A stretch of DNA of 64,000 nucleotides from Mobula hypostoma. Lineage: Eukaryota. The notes beneath the pieces were generated by a model. That model was given only the letters and a program-made list of their open reading frames with translations. It was not told the DNA's origin and did no database searches. Shown here one piece after another: positions 24,061 through 37,982 of this stretch (position 1 is its first letter; each line of letters starts with the position of its first letter). The stretch lies in the NCBI RefSeq assembly GCF_963921235.1, contig NC_086108.1, positions 76,386,001 to 76,450,000 on the forward strand. Direction: 5' to 3'. Both the position numbers and the translations under genes were made by a program.

Positions 24061-26159
24061 AAACAGAATGCTTTGACTGACAAAGATACAAGACAGGTTT
24101 TGAGCGTTATTAGCGGGAGGAGGCATATATATTTCTGAAAAGTTTTCTGAAATTACGATATCAAAAATTTTAAACAGAATTCAAAGAAGATGCTGGGCTA
24201 AAGGATGTGTAGCTTGTGTGATGGAAAGATGAGCAACATCTTAATTAGGCAGGTGTATTAGCAAGAACACACCAAATCTCCTATGAATGAGATTTCTCAC
24301 TATCCATCTACATAGTCTGAGAGTTGCACAAGCCATCACAATTCACAATCTGCTATTATGTACTCAAAATAAATCAGTATTTTTGTTCTAAGGAACAGCT
24401 GAGTATAATTCCAACACTGATGCTCAGAGATTTTTCACAGTCATCCCAACAACATCCACTTAAGACAGAAACTAAAAATATCCTACAAGCAATCTGTAAT
24501 AATTCATTTGCTTTTCACAGAACAAAATCATCCGAATATATTGTTCATTTGAAAAGAAAATGCTTCCACAAGTCATAGAGCTAGTAATTATTTTTATCCA
24601 TCTGGCTAAAGTCACAGAGAGCTGAACCATGTCAAAAGACAAATAGACATACTGTACATTACAAGAATACAGTACTCAAAATCTGTGGAGTAAATTAGAC
24701 TACAAAATATTACTTTCGATCAGCTGTAATGTAATTTGCATATGCCATTAAGAGCCCAGCACTTTCAAAGTGCTTAACAATTTGTGATAATTCTTAAATA
24801 ATGACTACAATTAAAATTGGAGAAAGTCTCCCCATAAATGCACCTACTCATGGCTTTTGATGTGCCTCAGGTGGTCAGAAGAGAACAATGTACAAGATTG
24901 TTCAAAACTTATTAAAAAGATCTGACAATAAATAGGTTGGACATGAAGGATAAACGACAGGGCTACAGTTTAATGAAAATAAACTGAGTGATGTCAGATG
25001 CTTAATAGGAAAAATGAGTTCTGCTGGAATTGTCTCACAGGCTGATTTTATTTCCAGTTATTTTCTCCTTTGCTTCTTTTCACAATTTGTTTTGGTAGTG
25101 TTGGTTGGACCTATTCTTCAAAAGCTCAGGATGTGCAATGTGTTTTTACTGTAAAATTTGATACTTCTATAAACCATTGTCCTCTATGTAGTATTGGAAG
25201 CACACAAGTGAATTTGTACACAGAAAGGTACCACAAACTGCTCATAACGTATTCAATTAATATGTTTTAATGATGTTGGTTAAGTTAAAAAAATGTTGAC
25301 TAGAACATTGGAAGAAGTTCTCTGTGACTCTTTATATACTCTATGGGACTTCAGTGACTTCTTGAGGTGATTAAAAAGAAGCACCAGTTTTAAGTGGATC
25401 AGATTAAACTCAGGGGGTCACACATAATTCATTTCTGAGGATCAGCAATGACCCAATTGTTCAGTATCTACTGATTCAGATTACAGCTGCTGTACAGCCA
25501 GCCAGAGGTTATGCAAAATCGTGCTGTTTATGTGCAGCCTAACCCTAATCCAGATAGAGATCTGATCTTTTCATACAGAGCTGGAAGGAATAGCAATATG
25601 CCATAAGGGAGCATCATAATGTTCTCAACAAACGGGGCATGCCGTTCATAAGCAGACAACTCTCCTTTAGAGTGGAGATTTGGGATTAAAGAACTCATCC
25701 CTGTACTGCAGGCGCTGTGACATACCAAACACTCCCTAACTACAAACTCATTCAATCTCTACTTAGTCTATCTTCTGAGAAGAATATTGCTCAGATCACA
25801 TAGAAAATTGACTCGAAGAACTCTGAAGACTGCAGTGAACAGATATCTTTAATTCAGAGTGGGAGCTGGCTCCATTCCAGGTCTGGAGGTTGAAATAATA
25901 TGGCTAGTCTGGGTGCCAACACTGTTGCATTCCTAGTCTCCTGAGATGTCATCTGGTATGCAGCATCAGAAAATTGATGTCCTCCCTTATGAAGAAACCA
26001 AGCCATTTCTTACCATATTCCCTTTAGAGGTGACATGCCCATACATAACCCACAGATACCCCTTCCAGATAGCTCCTTTCGCAGTCATGAACCTGGCACA
26101 TGTAGGACAAGAGCTTTTCCTAGGTCAAAGGCATAGGGTGCACCTTTCTGGAGGCTACA

Positions 26160-26615
26160 AAAGGAGGCACTGTGATAGAACAGGCTATGCCAACAGGCTT
26201 AATAAACTAATTAGAAAGGCTGGCTCTGTTATAGGAATTGAACTGAACAGGAGATTGTAAGAACAAAGGACCTTCCAGAAAATCCTGGCAATTCTGGCGA
26301 TGTTTCTCAACTCCTGCATGCCACCTTGGCTGAACAGTGGAGCACTTTCAGTAACAGACTAAGACAACTGTGCTGCTCCAAAGAGCGCTATATGAGGTCA
26401 TTCTTATCTTTGGCCAACAGGCTATATAATGAGTCAACCTATAGCCAGGGAAGTGATCTTGTAATCTTTGACTTGAAAATCTTGCACATCTTATTTTTAA
26501 GGTAACTTATTTTATTCTTTCTTACTTCTCTTCTAATATTTGTAAATTTGTGCACTTGTAATGCTACTGTGACGCTATAAGTTCCTTTGGGATCAATAAA
26601 GTCGCTATCTATCTA
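26160..26615 (+). mobile_element. Rex1/Babar LINE 3' fragment
   Basis: ANRLNKLIRKAGSVIG, STFSNRLRQLCCSKERYMRSF; tail gggatcaataaag...tatctatctat. Confidence 0.8.
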
Positions 26616-28669
26616 TACTGATAGGACTGCATGTCCCACACACAAAGTAATGAAGTCAGAAAGGCTGTTAAATTTCAGACCCAAATGTAATGATTTTCAA
26701 TTCTGTTATTATTTGATGTTTTGCTGCTATAAAAAATCTGAGCACATCATTACCTTTGAAATACATCCTCATTTAGGTCAAATCATATGCTTTATTGTGC
26801 TGAGGTAGGTGACACAGGTGCAGCTATTGTTTGCCACAAACCCATCCATGGCTCACCTTGAAAGGTTGCTGAAAAAAAGATCATCCTTGAGGCATCCATT
26901 AAATGAGTCAGCATCAAAGTACTGGAGAAAGCATCTGCTGTTAGCTTTAGCACAAAAGCTAGTCTTGAAAGTTGACCAAGCAACTCAGCAAGTTTTTAAC
27001 CTGCTCAGTTGTGTCTTCTGATGTCAACAGTGTCCATTAAATTATGATAAAGGCAAGAAAGTAGCATGATTCGCTCCTAAATGAAATGAGAAAGCTTCAG
27101 GTTTAAACTCCAATTTTCATCGGTAAGGAAGAAAATGAACATGGAGTGAACGACGTCAATAAGCATGCAAATATGAATTATACATACATGGAAGTGCTCT
27201 GTCCAATTTTGTTATGAGTGCAATTTGACCAGGAAATGACTGTTACCATGACACACTGGTTTAAACCAGTTTTGCATGATATGAGCATAAAAATGGGTGG
27301 CGATTGATCCAAATTTTAGGCAAATACTGCCTATCACAAAGTAGCCTTAAGATTAAGGGTGCAATTCTTGATATGATTTCTTGGGTCAGAAACTGTTCAC
27401 TAAAATCAACAGTCTCACAGAACACCCTCGTCAAGTCAATCAATCAACTTTCTCTTAATGTTGGGTGGTTCACTTTAACATACACAGCAATCTGCTACAA
27501 AAGCATCTAAGTTACATGTAAGCCATCATTATGAAGGAAATATTTCAGGGGATCCTTGGCCTGTTGCAAAAGTCATGGTTTAAATGTTGGATTTTTAAGA
27601 ACTCTCTGTGAAAATAATTCCAGCATTTGGGCACTAACTATGCATAAGACTGTGCACTTAGTGTTAAAGAGTTTAAGCAGAATTTTTAAAGCGCATCCAG
27701 CAATAGAATTCTCCCCCAAAGCTTTGGCAATCCACAGTTAACCTCTTATTACCATACTAACTGCAATCTTTAAACACTGGTGACCAATGATCACAATGTG
27801 CTGTGATGAGAAGATCATGAGAATTAGCTTATTGTTAAGTAATTCTAAAATTATGTGGAGATAAGCATAACATTATAAGAAGAACCATTCATACTTTTAT
27901 CCCATCTCAACAAATCATGTTGCTCACCTATGAAGAGATGGTCACCTTTTCTCTTTTACACCAATGGCTTATAAAGCTAATCTTCAAGGAGCAGAGGGCA
28001 AAGGAACTGGTGGTGCTAGCAAAGCAGCCAATCAGCCGTGATAATGGTTTGTAATGATAAACTACACAGGAATAATAATGGGGATTCAAAATGTAAACAG
28101 GCAGGGCTTATTCCACAGCATATGTGGGAAATGATTTCTTGTTCTCTAAAAATCCATTTGGTGAACGGAAAAGTGTGTAGCAAGGATTTACCTGGTCTCA
28201 GTTCAGGACTACTTCTGAACTGGCTGAATTCTAAAACTGAAGTTAGGAAAAATTATCTAATGGGATAAATATGGGACACTGGTTCTGTTTAGTAGTTGAA
28301 TATAGATTTAACTTAATAACAGATTGGATGTGCATTCACAAAACCATTACTGCACATAGCAGTTTCAGGAATAGATGTGAAAATTCTATTCCAGTATTTA
28401 ATTTAATACATAAAACAAACACTTTCTCATAATGAAGGATATTGGTTTATGTATAGTTGAGAATAGACCAATTTCGCAAATGTGGAAAATGTGAAAATAA
28501 ATCCTGTTGAGCAGTAATTCAGAATAAATAGTTTACACTCCACTTCCAATCCACATAAGGGAAGGTACTTCTGTGAAAAGATATTTCACAGATTTCAGAA
28601 ATAATAGGAAAGCATTGGGAAAATTTGAATATAAGAAATCTATGAAAAATAAATACTGAATTTTAAGTT

Positions 28670-30395
28670 TCTGAAGTTCAAAGTAATTATTTATTATCCA
28701 AGTACACATGTTTTCTTGTGGGCATACTCAATACATCAATAGAATAATAACCATAAGAGTCGATGAAAAACGGCCCAACTAGGGCATTCAACCAGAGTGC
28801 AGAAGACAACAAACTGTGCAAACACTAAAACGAGAAATAATTATGATAAATAAATAAGCAATAAATACAGTATTGAGAGCATGAGATGAAGAGTCCTTGG
28901 AAGTGAGACCATTGGCTATGGGAACATTTCAATGATAGGGCAAGTGAAGTTATCCCATTTGGTTCAAGAGCCTAACTGTTCCTGAACCTAGTGGGGTGAG
29001 TCCTGCGGCTCTTGCACCTTTTTCCTTACGGCAGCAGCAAGAAGAAAACATGGCTGGATAGCAAGGGCCCCTGATGATGGATGCTGCTTTCCTTCAACAA
29101 CGCTTCATATAAATGTGCTCAAAGGTTGGGAGGGCTTTACCCGTGATGGACTGGGCCGTATCCACTACATTTGTAAGATTTTCAATTCAAGGCCATTGGT
29201 GTTTCCGTATCAGGCAGTGATGCAGCCAGTCAACATACTCTCCACTATAGAAGTTTGTAGAAGTTTGTCAAAGTTTTAGATGTCATGCCAAATCTCCACA
29301 AACTCCTCAGAGGTGCTGCCATGCTTTCTTCATAATTGCACTTACATGTTGGACCCAGGACAGGTCCTATGAAATAATAACACCTAGGAATTTAATGTTG
29401 ATAACCCTTTCTACATCGGATCCTCCAATGAGGGCTGACTCATGAACCTCTGGTTTTCCTCCCTGATCTACAATCAGTTCCTTGGTCTTGCTGACATTGA
29501 GAAAGATGTTGTTATTATGACACCATTCAGCCAGGTTTTCAATCTCCTCCCTATATGCTGATTCTTTACCACCTTTGATTCGGCCTACGATAGTGGTGTC
29601 ATCTGCAAACTCGAATATGGCATTGGAGCTATGCTTAGCCACACAGTCATAAACGTAAAGCAAGTAGAGCAGGGGACTAACCACACAGCCCTGTGGTGTG
29701 CCTGCGCTGATGGAGATCGTAGAGGAGATGTTGTTGCCAATTCGAACTGACTGGAGTCTGCAACTGAGGAAATCCAGGATCCAATTGCACAAGGAGGTAT
29801 TTACGCCAAGATCTTGGAGCTTATTGATTAGTTTTGAGGGGATGATGATATTAAGTGCTGTAGTCAATAAAGACAATCCTGATGGATGCATCTTTGCTGT
29901 CCATATGTTTCAGGGTTGAGTGAAGAGCCAATAAAACAGCATCTGCTGTGGACCTGTTGTTCTGATTGCTCTGCCTGTGCAGTGGGCAGCAAAATGTAAC
30001 AGATCTAAGTTGCTTCTCAGGCAGGAGTTGCTATGTTTCATCACTAACCTCTCAAAACACTTCATCACTGTGCAAATAAGTGCTACTGGGCAATAGTCAT
30101 TGAGACAGGTCAACATGCTCTTCTTGAGCACTGGTATAATTGAAGCAGGTGGTTACCTCAGACTGTCGAAGTGAGAGATTAAAGATCTCAATGAATACAC
30201 CAGTCAGTTAATCAGCACAGGTCTTTAGTACTTGGCCAGGTACCCCATCTGGGCCGGATGTTTTTCATGGATTTACCCTCCTGAAGGCTGCTCGCAGATC
30301 GGCTTCAGAGACTGAAATCAAAGGATCATTGGGAGTGGGAGTTTGTGATGGTTCCTGCATGTATTGACGGTCAAGGCCAGCAGAGAAGGCATTTA
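28670..30395 (-). mobile_element. Rex1/Babar LINE, 5'-truncated RT region and 3' end
   Basis: LNDYCPVAL...[39 protein letters not shown] and LNVSKTKEL in ORFs 29910-30131 and 29367-29891. Confidence 0.92.
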
Positions 30396-33119
30396 GCAAT
30401 TAATTGCAATGGATGAACAGTCATATATATGTCACAAATGTTAACTTAGTACATAGATCTGTAGCACGTGGCCAAGTACCGAGACCCACATTCCCTGACC
30501 CATGCAAGAAGCTTGAATTCTGTGCATTCACTGCTTATTCAGCATTTGTAACTCACATTGAAATAAAATAAGGTATTACTAATGGCACTGAAAAACAAAA
30601 CAATACTTCACTGAAAATTTTGATGCATGTCAGTTCTGGCATGGAGACAGATGAACAAGAACAGAAAATCACAGCCTAATCTTGCTTTGTATTTAAAAAA
30701 GCAGTCTTAAAGTTAAAAAGAGGCTGAAACATATTTTGAACATGTGCTAACCACATGGTGACCTGTTCTAAAGCAGAACTAATTTATATTGGATATCTCT
30801 AGCATTTTTTTTATCAATACTATGAATACAAAATGAAAAAAGTCATACGCAATTGGCCTACAGGGATGCTTCAATCCTTCCTTTTCGCTAAGCAAAGGGA
30901 GAACCCTCCCCCATGCACACATGAATAGAGCAACCGTGCCTAAGAAATATATGAAAATAAGATAAATGGCATCACATTCTTCACCTCGCACAATATACAG
31001 CTGTACCGTGTCAAATATGCACTGTCACCCACCATGACATAAAGGCTGTCAGCTTGGCTTAAACACCTAAATTACTGCCTCTTGACTGCAGCTGGCTCTG
31101 TCTGTGCAATGGGCAGTAAGTGGTGGCAAGCAAAGCTGATGAAAAGTCACAGACTGAGATTGACGCTGACATTCTATGATCGTTAGCAACCAACATTCAA
31201 CTGTAGGATATGATAATAAAATCAGAATTGATTCAGGGTTCTCATATGTAAAGTTACCTTGAATGAGAGATATATTTTAGTTGCTTGAGTAGATGTAATC
31301 TTTTTTGAAAATTACTGAACTGTCATCAGCAAGAGAGGTAAATGCTGCATAAATACAAGTTAAATCAATAATTGATGATTTAGTATCAGTTATGATTTAC
31401 TCAAATACATATATGCTTATAAAAACAGAACACCAAAGAAAATTAAACTAAAAGTTTAAAAATGTTAATGTCTGATAGAGTCATATATAGAATACATGGA
31501 GAGAACCGTCAGGTTATAGCTTATAGATAAGAGCTCACCTGCCATCAGTAGTGAAGTCACAAACCAGTTAAGATCAGCACCACAAAAAGGAGGGAATGAA
31601 AATAAATTGAAATGAAATGCAACATTTTAAACAGGAACTAAACAAAGATATGAATGGAATAAGGATTTCAATGCTGTCACAGTAAAATGTTTAGTTCCTT
31701 TCAATTCTCCTTAGCGAAAAAAAATTAGACTGAATTGGTATTATATTATCACTTAAGTTATTCAAATATTACAATGGATCACTAGTGTGCATGTATGTGT
31801 TATTAAACAAATTAGCTATCTTAAAGTAACCACTATGAGTTTTGACATTTTTAATATTGATTACTTGGTTGCAGTAAAAATCAAGAGACCGAGGAGGAAA
31901 AAGATCAGCTGGTTGGCAAGGACATGCAGGACAAAATGAGGAATAAGATAGCATTCAAATGAAGAATGCATAGAGAGCAAGATTGCTGAACTTAATGAGA
32001 TATCTTTTTCCTGATAGATCAATAGAATTTTTTACATTGATGTATAGTACCGTAACTCTCAATACTGCACCTTCCACGTACCCCACTAAACCCCGAGGAG
32101 GAGGGGTTAACTTGCATGTAAAATCCTCATTGTGCAATGTATAGGAAAGCTAACAGTGCCATTAAATATTAGGTTGTTGCCTGGCACAAGGGCACATAAA
32201 TACAAATAGGACATCACAGTAGGCCACAGATCAATAGAGGGGTATAATGAGTAGGAAGTGATAAATAGAAACAAATTAGCAGTTGGAGGGTGAAGAATAA
32301 GGAGCCATTAAGCAAAATTAAATTTGAAATATTCAAAACATTAGGCAGAATAAACTTCGCATAGAGCTCTAAGGCAATGCGATTCACAAACAGGATTAAA
32401 ATTACAGACTTAAGTTTTATTTTCACAGACACTGGGAACGAGGGCTGAAGCGATCCAAAAGCATGCAAGGAAATCAGTGTGCCATAGTTGATCTTTTTTT
32501 AGTTAGTCACTGCAAAATTAAATAATCTCTTGATTCCTTCTCTCTCCTTCTACATGTAGGAAAAGAGCAAAGACCAGAAGGATGAGGAAAAAGACTGAAG
32601 GTAACTCTCCTCCAACTTCTAACTAACAGTTGCGGAGAAGTTGCTAATAGTGTAGACTTAGTAGCAAGAAAGCCTACTTCTCTGACTTTTGGTGACTTTA
32701 GGATGTTTTTTCTCATTTTTGCAGAATGTGGAATTGCTAGCAGGGCAGTTTTTAACTGTTCATCCCTTAATGCCTTTGAGAAGGCAGTGATGAAACAACT
32801 TCTTGAACTTCTGCTAAATTTCCGATACAACAATATTGCTGAGGAAGGATTTACAGGGTTCAAGTACAATGAAATTTGCAGAGATATATTTTCGTGTCAG
32901 GATAATGCTTAACATGAAATGCAATCTGAATGTGATAGTAATGTAATGCTACTGAACATCTACGATTAGGGAGAAGACTCCCTCTTGGTAGAGTTGGTCA
33001 TTATTCAGAACCTGTATTCTCCAGAAGTTACTTGATAACTAGCCTGGATCCGAATGTTGTCAGGCTTCAAGCTTACAGGTAAGGTCTATTTCATTTTCTG
33101 AAGCGTTGCAAACGCAATT

Positions 33120-33846
33120 GGCTTACTAGTAGAATATGATTGTTCTACTAAGCTACGTACAATTCGAACCTGTGATTTCCATTTTGGTGATGTGTTTTGG
33201 GGTCGATTGAGCAATCTGATGCTTTGCTATCTCTGAGGGAGTTCAGTGAGGTTTGGCATGGACTGTGCGGCCTCAAGCCTGGAAGCCTGGACCCAGGAGC
33301 GAGCCCATGAAGATGATAAATATGACAGTGGGGATTGGAGCTGTCTGTGTTTAACTATTCTTTTCTTTCCTTCTCACTGGTTGCTATCAGGAGAAAGTGC
33401 AGGAATCTTGGGATCCATTTTATCAGGATTGACTGGCAAGGCTGTGGACTAATTTTGGGGACTTTGAAGTTCATGTTGAAATTGTTCCTGGATTCTGGTT
33501 ACTATTTGTTTTTGCTGTATTTGAGCAGTTTGATTGAGGCCATCGATGTGGACAGGGGCGCTTCAGCGAAGAATGGCCTTGCAGCCTGCACTAGCTAGCA
33601 GAGTAGTGCTGAATTAAACTAAACTGAATACTACACGACTCCTAGTTTAATGTTTGATATTCTACATATTGTTCGTTTGCTTTCTGCCGTTTGTGCAATT
33701 TGTTCCTTTTTATGTGCATTAGGTGTTTGATGTTTTCTTGAGTGGGTTCCATGGTGTTTCTTTGTTCTGTGGCTGGCTGCAGGAGGGCAAATCTCAGAGT
33801 TAAATTTTGCATTCATGATAATAAATGCACTTTGATTTGATTTGAC
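33120..33846 (+). mobile_element. Probable non-autonomous element with a Rex1/Babar-type 3' tail
   Basis: Ends ...gataataaatgcactttgatttgatttga, the sense form of the tails at 11040, 28670 and 53450; 5' boundary uncertain. Confidence 0.45.
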
Positions 33847-33952
33847 TGAAGGAAGTTCACTGAGGAATCTGTAGAATACATTATTTGGGATTAAAAAATG
33901 TGATACAAGGAACTCTTGTTGTCTCAAGATAGAAGTGATTGCACTTCAACAC

Positions 33953-36900
33953 AATATAAGGCCGTAAGACCATAAGTTATAGGAGCAGAATTATGCCATT
34001 TAGCCCATTAAGTATTGTCCACCATTTCATCATGGCTGATCCAATTTTCCTCTCAGCCCTAATCTCCTTCCTTCTCCCAGTATCCCTTCAAGTCCTGACC
34101 AATCAAGAATCTATCAACCTCTGCCTTAAATATACTTACAGACTTGGTCTTCACAGCTGCCTGTGGCAATGAATTCCACAGATTCACCACTCTCTGGCTG
34201 AAGAAATTCTTCCTCACCTCCATTCTAAAAGGACAACTGTCCCGAAGCTGTGTCCTCTGGTCTTAGACTCTCCCACCATATGGAACATCCTCTCCACATC
34301 CACTCTATCAAGGCCTTTCACTATCCCATAGGTTTCAATGAGGTCAAACCGTCATTCTTCTGAATTCTAGTGAATAGAGGCCCAGAGTCATCAAACACTC
34401 TTCATATGACAAGCCATTCAAGTTCTGGAATGATTGTCATGAACCTCCTTTGAACCCTCTCCAGTTTCAGCATATCCTTTCTAAGATAAGGGGCCCAAAA
34501 CTGCCCACAATATTCCAAGTGAGGTCTCACTTGTGCATTATAAAGTCTCAACATTATATCCTTGCTTTTATATGTTAGTCCTCTTGAAATGAATGCTAAC
34601 ATGGCATTGCCTTCCTCCCCACAGACTCAACCCACCAACTAACCTTTGGGGAATCCTGTACGAGGACGCGCAAGAACCTTTGCACTTCAGTTTCTGTACT
34701 TTCTGTCCATTTAGGAAGTAGTCAACCCTTTTATTTCTTCTACTGAAGTACATGACCATACACTTCCCAACACTGTATTCCATCTGCCACTTCATTGCCC
34801 ATTCTTCTCATCTGTCTAGGTACTTCTGTAGCCTCTCTACTTCTTCACAACTACCTGCTCCTCCATCTCTTCATATTGTCTGCAAACCTTGCAACAAGGC
34901 CATCAATTCCATCATCCAAATCACTGACATATATATAAAAAAAGAATCAGACCACTATGGAACACCACTAGTCACTGACAGCCAACCAGGAAAGGATGCC
35001 TTTATTTCCTTTTTTTGCCTTCTGCAATCTGTTTTATCCATGCTAGAATCTTACTTGTAATACCATGGGCTCATAGCTTGTTAAGCAGCCTCATGTATGG
35101 CACCTTGTCACAGACCTTCTGAAAATCCAAGTACTTAACGTCAACCAATTCTCCTTTGCCTATCCTGCTTGGTATTCCTTCAAAGAATTCCAACAGATTT
35201 GTCAGGCAAGATTTTCCCTTGAAAACCATGCTGACTACGGCTCTTTTTTATCAGGTGCCTCCAAGTATCCTGAGACCTCATCCTTAATAATTGACTCTAA
35301 CATCTTCCCAACCACTGAGGTCAGACTAACTGGCCCATATTTTCCTTTCTTCTGCCTCTCTCCCTTCCTGAAGAGTGGAGTGGCATTTTCAATTTTCCCA
35401 TCTTTTGGAACTATTCCAGAAACTAGTGATTCTTGAGAGATTAATACTAATGCCTCCACAATCTTTCCAGCCATGTCTTTCAGAACCCTGTGGTGTACAC
35501 CATCTAGTCCAGAAGACTTAACTACTCTCAGATTCAAGAACCTGCTCTCTAGTTATGGTAACTTCACACATTCCATGTCCCCTGACACCTGGAACTTCCA
35601 CAATACTGCTAGTGTCTTCCACAGTGAAGATCGATGCAAAATATTGTTTGTCCGCCATTTCATTGTCTCTCATTACTACCTATGCAGCATTGTTTTCCAG
35701 CGGTCCGATATCCACTCTTGCCTCTTTTTTACACTTTATGTATTTGAAGAAACTTTTGGTATCCTCTTTAATATTACTCGGGTTACTTAATTTAATATTC
35801 CAGCTTTACATTCTAAATGACTTTTTTAGTTGCCTTCTGAAGGCCTTTTCAAAGCTTCCCAATCCTTTTAATTCCCACTAATTTTTGCTCTATTACATGC
35901 CTTCACTTTGGCATTTATGTTGGCTTTGGCTTCTCTTGTTAGCCATGGTTGTGTCATCTCGCTTTTAGAATACTTCTTCTTTGGAATGTTTATTTCCTGT
36001 GCCTTCTGAATTGCTTCCAGAAATTCCAGCCATTACTGCTCTGCCATCATCCCTGCCAGTCTTCTTTTCCAATCAATTTTGGCCAACTCCTCTCTCATGC
36101 CTCTGTAATTCTCTTTACTCCACTGTAATACTGCTACATCTGACTTTAGCTGCTCCTTCTCAAATTTCTAGGTGAATTTGATCATATTATGATCACTATG
36201 ATCTCGAATCAATGCTGGTTCATTACACCACACCCAATCCAGAATAGCTGATCCCCGAGTGGGCTCAACCACAAGCTGCTCTAAAAAAGCCATCTCATAG
36301 GTACTCTAGATTCCCCCTCCAGATCCCACACCAACCTGATTTTCCCAATCTACCTGCATATTGAAATCTCCCATGACTATTGTAACACTGCCCTTTTGGC
36401 AATCATTTTCTATCTTCTGTTGTAAATTGTAGACCACATCGTTACTACAGTTTGGGGTCTGTATACAACTCCCATCAGGATCTTTTACCCTTGCAGTTTG
36501 TTAGCTCTATCAACAATGATTCAACACTTTCCGACCCTATGTCACCTCTTTTTAATGACTTGACTTCATTTTTTACCAACAAGGCTGCTCCCTCTGCCTA
36601 GCTGTCTGTTCTTTCAATATAAAGTGTATCCTTGGACATTAAGCTCAGCTATAATCTTCTTTCAGCCATGGTTCAGTAATGCTTATAACATCATACATGC
36701 CAATCTGCAACTGTGCCACAAGTTCATCTATCTTATTCGATATACTGTGCACATTCAACTATAACACCTTCAGTCCAGTATTCATCCTTTTCGATTTTGT
36801 GTCTTTTATATTGCAATTCATCCTGTTGACTGCAATTTTGCCCTATCAATAGCCTCTCTTCACTACACATTGCCTCTGTTTGTAAACCAGCTACCTCATC

Positions 36901-37412
36901 TTCAACACTATCATCCGCCTTTCCTATGATACTTCTTGCATTGAAATATAAACAGCTCAGGACACTAATCACACCATGTTCAACCTTTTGAATACTAACT
37001 TTGTCCAAGGTCTTACCAACATCTGCCTCCACAACCTCTCCACTGTCTGTTCTGGTACTCTGGTTTCCATCTCCCTGCAACTCCAGTTCAAACTCCACTG
37101 TACAGCATTAACAAACATTCCTGCTAGGATATTAGTTCCCCTCAAGTTCAGGTACAAACTATCCCTTCTGTATAGGTCCCACCTTCCCTGAAAGAGAGCC
37201 CAATAATCTCAAAACCTTATGCCCTCTCTCTTACACCAATTCCTTAACTGCATATTAAACTGTATCATCTTCCTAGTTCTGGCCTCAGCAGCATATGGCA
37301 CAGGTAGCAGTCCTGAGATCACAACCCTAGAGGTCCTGCTCTTTAATGTAGCACCCAACTCCCTCTGCAGGAACTCATCACTCATCCTACCTATGTCATT
37401 GGTATGTACATG
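33953..37412 (-). mobile_element. CR1 LINE with partial ORF1 (SGNH esterase-like) and degenerate ORF2; apparently chimeric
   Basis: ORF1 motifs HVHTNDIG, RVVISGLLPVP and YLNLRGTNILA; ORF2 motifs GDFN, GPVSLTSVVGK and VRPHLEYCGQFW; tail taaggccgtaagaccataag. Confidence 0.92.
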
Positions 37413-37674
37413 ATATGCCTGTTGTTGAGGTATACCTTCTTCCTTTGTGTGAGGAGTGTCTGGAACTGGTGAAGAAGTTTTCCCCCCGACACCCATGGAT
37501 TGCTGGTTTATCAATATTTCTTGATGTCACTGATTGTGGCTGACTTGCTATATATTTCTAGCATTTTCTGTTTTTATGTCAAATTTCCTGCTTTGATCTT
37601 ACTGACAAAGTTGATCAAAAGATGCTCTGAATTAAAGTGCAATCATTTCACCTTGCCTCCGAAGTTCAGCTGTT

Positions 37675-37982
37675 AGGGTCATTCAGTGGTTCAACTTGAA
37701 GAGCCTTTGCCACACAGCCCCAGAGACCGGGTTCAATCCTGACCATTCTATTTGTGACCTCTTAGGTGCTCCAGACATACAGGTTAGCAAGTTAATTGTC
37801 CACTGTAAATTGCCCCTGGTTTATTGGTGAACGATGGAATCAGTGGAGAGATGATGAAAATATGTGGAGAAACAAAAAATAAATCCAATTAACACAGAAT
37901 TTAAGTAAAGTGGGTGGTTTAATTAATGGCACATATCTGTTGGGCCAAAGGAACCGTTATCCTGCCGTATCTCTTTATGACT
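37675..37982 (+). mobile_element. tRNA-derived SINE (HE1/V-SINE-like), degenerate, with CR1-like tail
   Basis: B-box GGGTTCAATCC near 37729-37739; gttaattgtccactgtaaattgccc core; tail gggccaaaggaaccgttatcctgccgtatctctttatgact. Confidence 0.7.

Noticed and set aside
26792..27021. Possible minus-strand host exon ending at a GTGAG donor near 26856
   Set aside because: No recognisable protein motif, stops in alternative frames, and no convincing acceptor or partner exons.
31136..31159. CTGATGA followed by an AGTC/GACT hairpin as another hammerhead
   Set aside because: It is followed by GAGA rather than GAAA, has no helix I or III, and has no PLE context.
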